A stretch of 64,000 nt of DNA from an uncultured virus (IMG/VR IMGVR_UViG_3300046507_000660) (Duplodnaviria > Heunggongvirae > Uroviricota > Caudoviricetes), in IMG/VR virus record IMGVR_UViG_3300046507_000660, positions 1 to 64,000 of that record. One strand, given 5' to 3'. The notes beneath the pieces are model-generated. The model did no database searches, was not told the origin of the DNA, and was given only the letters and a program-made list of their open reading frames with translations. Below, in pieces: positions 59,880 through 64,000 of the stretch. Made by a program: the position numbers and the translations under genes. How positions within the stretch are numbered: the stretch's first letter is position 1; every line of letters starts with the position of its first letter.

Positions 59880-62800
59880 GGGCCTGCAGGCCGGTCGCCT
59901 CGACGTGCCGGTCGTCGCCGACCTTTCGGGGTTCGCGGCAAAGCTGCGCGCGGAAGTCGAGTCGGCCGCCGAAGGCCTGGCCGCGAAGATCAAGGTCGAG
60001 ATCGACTCCAAGGGCCTACGGCGACGGCTCAAGGACGTGGTCAAGGAGGCGTCCAAGGGCGTCACCGCGAAGATCCGCGTAGAGATCGACGAAGACCGGT
60101 TCCGTGCCTCCCTGGACGGCATCCGCCGCCGCATCGACGACTCCGGCCTGAACCTTCCCGTCAGGCCGGACGGCGACGGCGACGGCTCGAACCGCGGCGG
60201 TCTACTCGCCGGGCTGCGGAACCTGATCACTGGCGCCCAGGGCGAAGCCGACCGGAACCCCGTCAACGTTCCGGTCAACATGCGGATGCCGGGGCGCGGC
60301 CGCGGCTCCCTGCGCATGCTCGGCATCGGCTCCCTCATCTCCCTGCTCGAGCCCGCGGTCGCCCTGATCGGCCAGTACGGCGCCGGCCTGACAGCCCTCG
60401 TGTCCGCGGCCGCGCCCGCGGTCGGTGTCCTGGGAGCGATACCCGGGCTGATCGCCGCGGCAGGCACCGCAGCTATCGGCACGAAGGTCGCGTTCTCCGG
60501 CTTCGGCGACGCGCTCAAGGAGACGCTGAAGATTCAGCAGCAGCAGGCCGCCGGGACCAAGGTCACCAAGGCCGAGCAGCAGAAGCTCGACCAGGCCCTC
60601 GGCAAGCTGTCGAAGTCGGCGCGGGAGACCGTCACCACGGTCGCGAGCCTGTCCAGTGCCTGGCGGGACATGAAGAAGTCCGTCCAAGAACGCTTCTTCT
60701 CCAAGATCGCCGACGAGGTCAAGCCCCTGTCGGAATCGGTCCTCCCTCTCTTCAAGAAGACCCTCGGCGACAGCGCCTCTCAGATGGGCAACCTCGCCAA
60801 GCGGGGCGCCCAGTTCATGCAGACCGGCGTCTTCCGCAGGGACTTCAAGACGATCGCGGGCACCAACTCCCGCGTCGTCGGCAACCTGACCGATGGCCTG
60901 GCCAACATGGGCCACGCCACCATGGACTTCCTGGTGGCTTCCGGACCGTTCGTCGAGCGGGTCGGTCAGGCCGGCGAGAAGTTCACCCAGTGGGTCCGGG
61001 CCTCCGTGAAGGCGGGCCGGGAAACCGGCAGCCTCGCCAAGTTCTTGGACCACGCCGGGGACAAGGCCGCGCAGCTCGGCAGGACCACCGGCAACCTCAT
61101 CAAGGGACTCGGCGGGGTCGGCAAGGCCGCGATGGACAGCGGTAACGCCCTGCTCGACGGCCTCGAGGGCAGCATGCTGCGCTTCACGCGCTGGGCCAAC
61201 TCCGGCGTGGGCCAGAAGGCCATGCAAAATTTCTTCAGCGACGCGGCCCCTGCGTTCCACGAGGTCAACCTCCTTTTCGGGGACCTCATGCGCGGGCTCG
61301 GCCGGTCCATGAAGGACGGCGGGATCACCGACCTCGTACGGCAGATCCGCACGGAACTGATGCCCGCCCTCGGTTCGTTCTTCAACGCCATCGGCCACAG
61401 CGTCGGGCCAGCGGTCATCTCCGTGATCTCGAACCTCGCCACGGCGATCGGGAACGTCTCGGCGGCGGGAAGCGGGCTCGCCGTACTGCTCGTGACCTTC
61501 AACGGGCTGCTGCAGATTTTCAACGGGGTCATGCGCGTGATCCCCGGGGCGAACACGGCACTTGCTGTGTTCCTGGGCACGATGCTCGCCCTCAAGGTGG
61601 TCAGCGGCGTCGCCACGATGCTGCGCGGCTTCGGCACCTCCGTCACCGCCGCGGGCACCTCCGTGCGCACGCTCGGCACCACCATGCGGGGCACGATGGG
61701 CGCTGGCGTCCTCGGCCCGCAGATCACCATGTGGCAGCGGATGGGGCTCGCCTACCAGGGCGCCGCCTCGCAGGGTGGCCGCCTCACCGGGACGCTGCGC
61801 GGGATCGGCGCGGCCAACCGTGTCGCCTCCCGGGCCCTCGGCGGCATCACGTCCGCTCTCGGCGGCCCGCTCGGCATCGCCATCGCTGGCGTCACGATCG
61901 GTCTCGGCTTGCTCGCCTCCAAGCAGGAGGCCGCAGCCCGCGCCGCGGCCGCGCACGAGGAGCGCGTCAACTCCCTCGCGCAGGCCCTGGCGGACTCCAA
62001 CGGCCAGATCGACGCCAACGTTCGCGCCCAGGCCGCGCAGTACCTCCAGGAAATCAAGCTCTCCGATGGCAAGGGCAAGCTCGTCGACGTCATGCGGGAC
62101 GCCGGCGTGAACCTCAAGTCGGTCACGGACGCCTACCTGCAGCAGGGCGGCTCAATCGACGGGCTGCAGAAGAAGCTGACCGGGCTCGCCGATGCCACCA
62201 AGCACTACGTGAACTACGCCGGTGACAAGGCGTCCAAGCTCGAGTACACGCCGCAGGGCGAGAAGTACAAGGCCGCGGCCGACGCCCTCGGGGCGATGAG
62301 TGGCGAGCTGGACAAGTCACGGAAGAAGCAGAAGGAACTAGACCAGGCGGTCAACGGCTCGGCTACTACCGGCACGACGTCGTACGACCGTCTGAATTCC
62401 GCCGTCCAGGGCTTCACCGACAAGACCAAGAGCGCGGACGAGCGAGTCGACGCCCTCAAGCGCGCTCTCAACGAGCTGCAGGGCAACACCCAGTCGTTCC
62501 ACGACGCCGAGACCCAGCTCAACGCCGTGATGCTCCAGATCGACGACACGATGAAGGAGAACATCGACCACGCCGACGGCTGGGGCAAGAAGCTCGTCGA
62601 CAACGACGGGTTGGTCAACACCGCGTCCAAGAACGGGCAGACCCTCAACTCGCAGCTCACGGACCTGCGAGACGGCATGCTCGGCGTGGCTACCCGGGCG
62701 CAGGAAGCCGCGGAGCAGGGCCTCATGCCCATGTCCGAAGCAATGAGCAAGAGCCAGAAGGCGATGGAGCAGGCCCGCGCGAAGGCCATTCAGCTCGCCA

Positions 62801-63915
62801 CGGACATGGGCATCCCCAAGGAGCAGGCCAAGGCGCTTGCCGATCAGATGGGGTTCATCCCGGACACCGTCACCACCCTGATCACGGCCCAGGGCATCCC
62901 GGAGGCGACCGCGGAGTTCCTAAGCCTGCGCAGCACCCTGGAGAAGATCCCCGCAGGCAAGGGCGTCCAGATCAAGGCGCCCACGTTTGAGGCCCGCACC
63001 CAGATCGAAGCCCTCGGCTTCAAGGTGCAGCGCATCCCCGGCAGCAAGAACATCGTGGTCACGGCCCCGACCAAGGGCGCGCGCATCAACATCGGCGCCC
63101 TCGCCGCGGACATCGCCAACGCCCCGGACAAGAAGAAGGTCACCGTCCAGGCGATCATCAAGCAGGCCGCCGGCGACCTGAAGAACGTCCAACAGAAGGT
63201 CGCGGGCCTGCCCAAGGGCAAGTCCATCGAGGTCAAGACACCCACGAAGACGGCCCAGGCCGCGCTCAAGGACCTCGGTTACAAGATCAAGACCGTCGAC
63301 GGTTCGCACGGCAAGACCGTCAAGATCACCGCCCCGAACAAGACGCCCATCCAGCAGGTGCAGGCGATCCAGGGGAAGATCAACGGCCTTACCGGCAAGA
63401 CCGTCCACGTCACCGTCAAGTACTCGACGCTGGGCAAGCCGTACGTCTCCCCGAAGGCAGACGGCGGGATCGTCCAGTACGCCAACGGTGGCATCCGCCG
63501 CATGGCAGGCCGAGTGAAGGCCTTCGCGAACGGCGCGGAGCAGCACATCGCGCAGATCGCGCAGGCAGGCGAGATGCGCCTGTGGGCGGAGCCCGAGACC
63601 GGCGGAGAGGCCTACATCCCGCTGGCTCCCGGCAAGCGCCGCCGCTCCGAGGCGATCCTCGATCGGGTCGCAGAGATGTTCGGCGGCCGCGTCGTCTACT
63701 TCGCCAACGGCGCGATGCGCCAGTACGCACAGGGCGCCGTACGGACGCGCGCCTCCACCGTCCGGCAGCGAGCGGCGGCCGCGCAGGCGGCGGGAGCGCT
63801 TGTCGGCGGTGACCTCAACCTGAACATCGGTGCGGTCGCATCGACTGGAACCGCCCTGGAGGACGCCATGTTCGAGCTGCGCCGTATCCGACTCGGAGGG
63901 GGAGCCAATGCGTGA
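59872..63915 (+). CDS. Tape measure protein
   Basis: 1347-aa Ala/Gly-rich helical ORF; ADGG/ANGG and WAEPETGGEAYIPL C-terminal motifs. Confidence 0.9.
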   Translation: MGEGLQAGRLDVPVVADLSGFAAKLRAEVESAAEGLAAKIKVEIDSKGLRRRLKDVVKEASKGVTAKIRVEIDEDRFRASLDGIRRRIDDSGLNLPVRPDGDGDGSNRGGLLAGLRNLITGAQGEADRNPVNVPVNMRMPGRGRGSLRMLGIGSLISLLEPAVALIGQYGAGLTALVSAAAPAVGVLGAIPGLIAAAGTAAIGTKVAFSGFGDALKETLKIQQQQAAGTKVTKAEQQKLDQALGKLSKSARETVTTVASLSSAWRDMKKSVQERFFSKIADEVKPLSESVLPLFKKTLGDSASQMGNLAKRGAQFMQTGVFRRDFKTIAGTNSRVVGNLTDGLANMGHATMDFLVASGPFVERVGQAGEKFTQWVRASVKAGRETGSLAKFLDHAGDKAAQLGRTTGNLIKGLGGVGKAAMDSGNALLDGLEGSMLRFTRWANSGVGQKAMQNFFSDAAPAFHEVNLLFGDLMRGLGRSMKDGGITDLVRQIRTELMPALGSFFNAIGHSVGPAVISVISNLATAIGNVSAAGSGLAVLLVTFNGLLQIFNGVMRVIPGANTALAVFLGTMLALKVVSGVATMLRGFGTSVTAAGTSVRTLGTTMRGTMGAGVLGPQITMWQRMGLAYQGAASQGGRLTGTLRGIGAANRVASRALGGITSALGGPLGIAIAGVTIGLGLLASKQEAAARAAAAHEERVNSLAQALADSNGQIDANVRAQAAQYLQEIKLSDGKGKLVDVMRDAGVNLKSVTDAYLQQGGSIDGLQKKLTGLADATKHYVNYAGDKASKLEYTPQGEKYKAAADALGAMSGELDKSRKKQKELDQAVNGSATTGTTSYDRLNSAVQGFTDKTKSADERVDALKRALNELQGNTQSFHDAETQLNAVMLQIDDTMKENIDHADGWGKKLVDNDGLVNTASKNGQTLNSQLTDLRDGMLGVATRAQEAAEQGLMPMSEAMSKSQKAMEQARAKAIQLATDMGIPKEQAKALADQMGFIPDTVTTLITAQGIPEATAEFLSLRSTLEKIPAGKGVQIKAPTFEARTQIEALGFKVQRIPGSKNIVVTAPTKGARINIGALAADIANAPDKKKVTVQAIIKQAAGDLKNVQQKVAGLPKGKSIEVKTPTKTAQAALKDLGYKIKTVDGSHGKTVKITAPNKTPIQQVQAIQGKINGLTGKTVHVTVKYSTLGKPYVSPKADGGIVQYANGGIRRMAGRVKAFANGAEQHIAQIAQAGEMRLWAEPETGGEAYIPLAPGKRRRSEAILDRVAEMFGGRVVYFANGAMRQYAQGAVRTRASTVRQRAAAAQAAGALVGGDLNLNIGAVASTGTALEDAMFELRRIRLGGGANA

Positions 63916-64000
63916 CGGCGAATGGGTCCTCGGCTACTCCCCTTATGACAACTACCCGGGCGCGTCGCTGACGTTCGGCCGCGAGAGGTCCGGCATCTAC
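63908..64000 (+). CDS. Start of probable distal tail protein (truncated by window)
   Basis: GGAG RBS, ATG overlapping the tape-measure stop, open to window end. Confidence 0.5.
   Translation, partial: MRDGEWVLGYSPYDNYPGASLTFGRERSGIY

Larger units (their letters stand above)
1..64000. mobile_element. Temperate siphovirus-like prophage / phage-plasmid of a Streptomyces-like host; ends not in window
   Basis: Terminase, portal, protease, capsid, tail and tape-measure genes together with TraB and recombinases; no host core genes recognised. Confidence 0.85.

Noticed and set aside
1..64000. tRNA, rRNA, att sites, replication initiator
   Set aside because: None recognisable by eye; tRNAscan-SE and flanking sequence are needed

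Overview
High-GC, Streptomyces-like DNA that reads as one large temperate siphovirus / phage-plasmid. It has five parts. (1) 49-7213: terminase large subunit, a truncated tyrosine-recombinase-fold gene, dCTP deaminase, a coiled-coil gene next to a 5-bp-periodic inverted array, and Cys-rich ORFs. (2) 7262-17036: a leftward block with a TraB/FtsK conjugative translocase, a RusA-like resolvase and many small ORFs; three of these ORFs share one leader hairpin. (3) 17183-20218: a rightward operon ending in a Cre-like recombinase. (4) 20215-30528: an apparently acquired cassette containing TTA codons. It holds a regulator, a GNAT and an anti-sigma-like ATPase, plus a nucleotide-modification operon (MilA-like cytidylate hydroxymethylase, tandem NDP kinase, radical SAM, DEDDh nuclease, NMP kinase, aldo-keto reductase, two NUDIX-fold proteins). 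(5) 30621-64000: head and tail genes, including a portal-MuF fusion, a ~3830-aa repetitive protein, a protease-NUDIX fusion, HK97-type capsid, poly-gamma-glutamate hydrolase, tail genes with a lambda-type -1 frameshift, and the tape measure. A fixed-spacing promoter motif recurs about 10 times and an 18-bp palindrome 4 times. All family calls come from motif recognition by eye; no searches were run. I found no rRNA, tRNA or CRISPR array.
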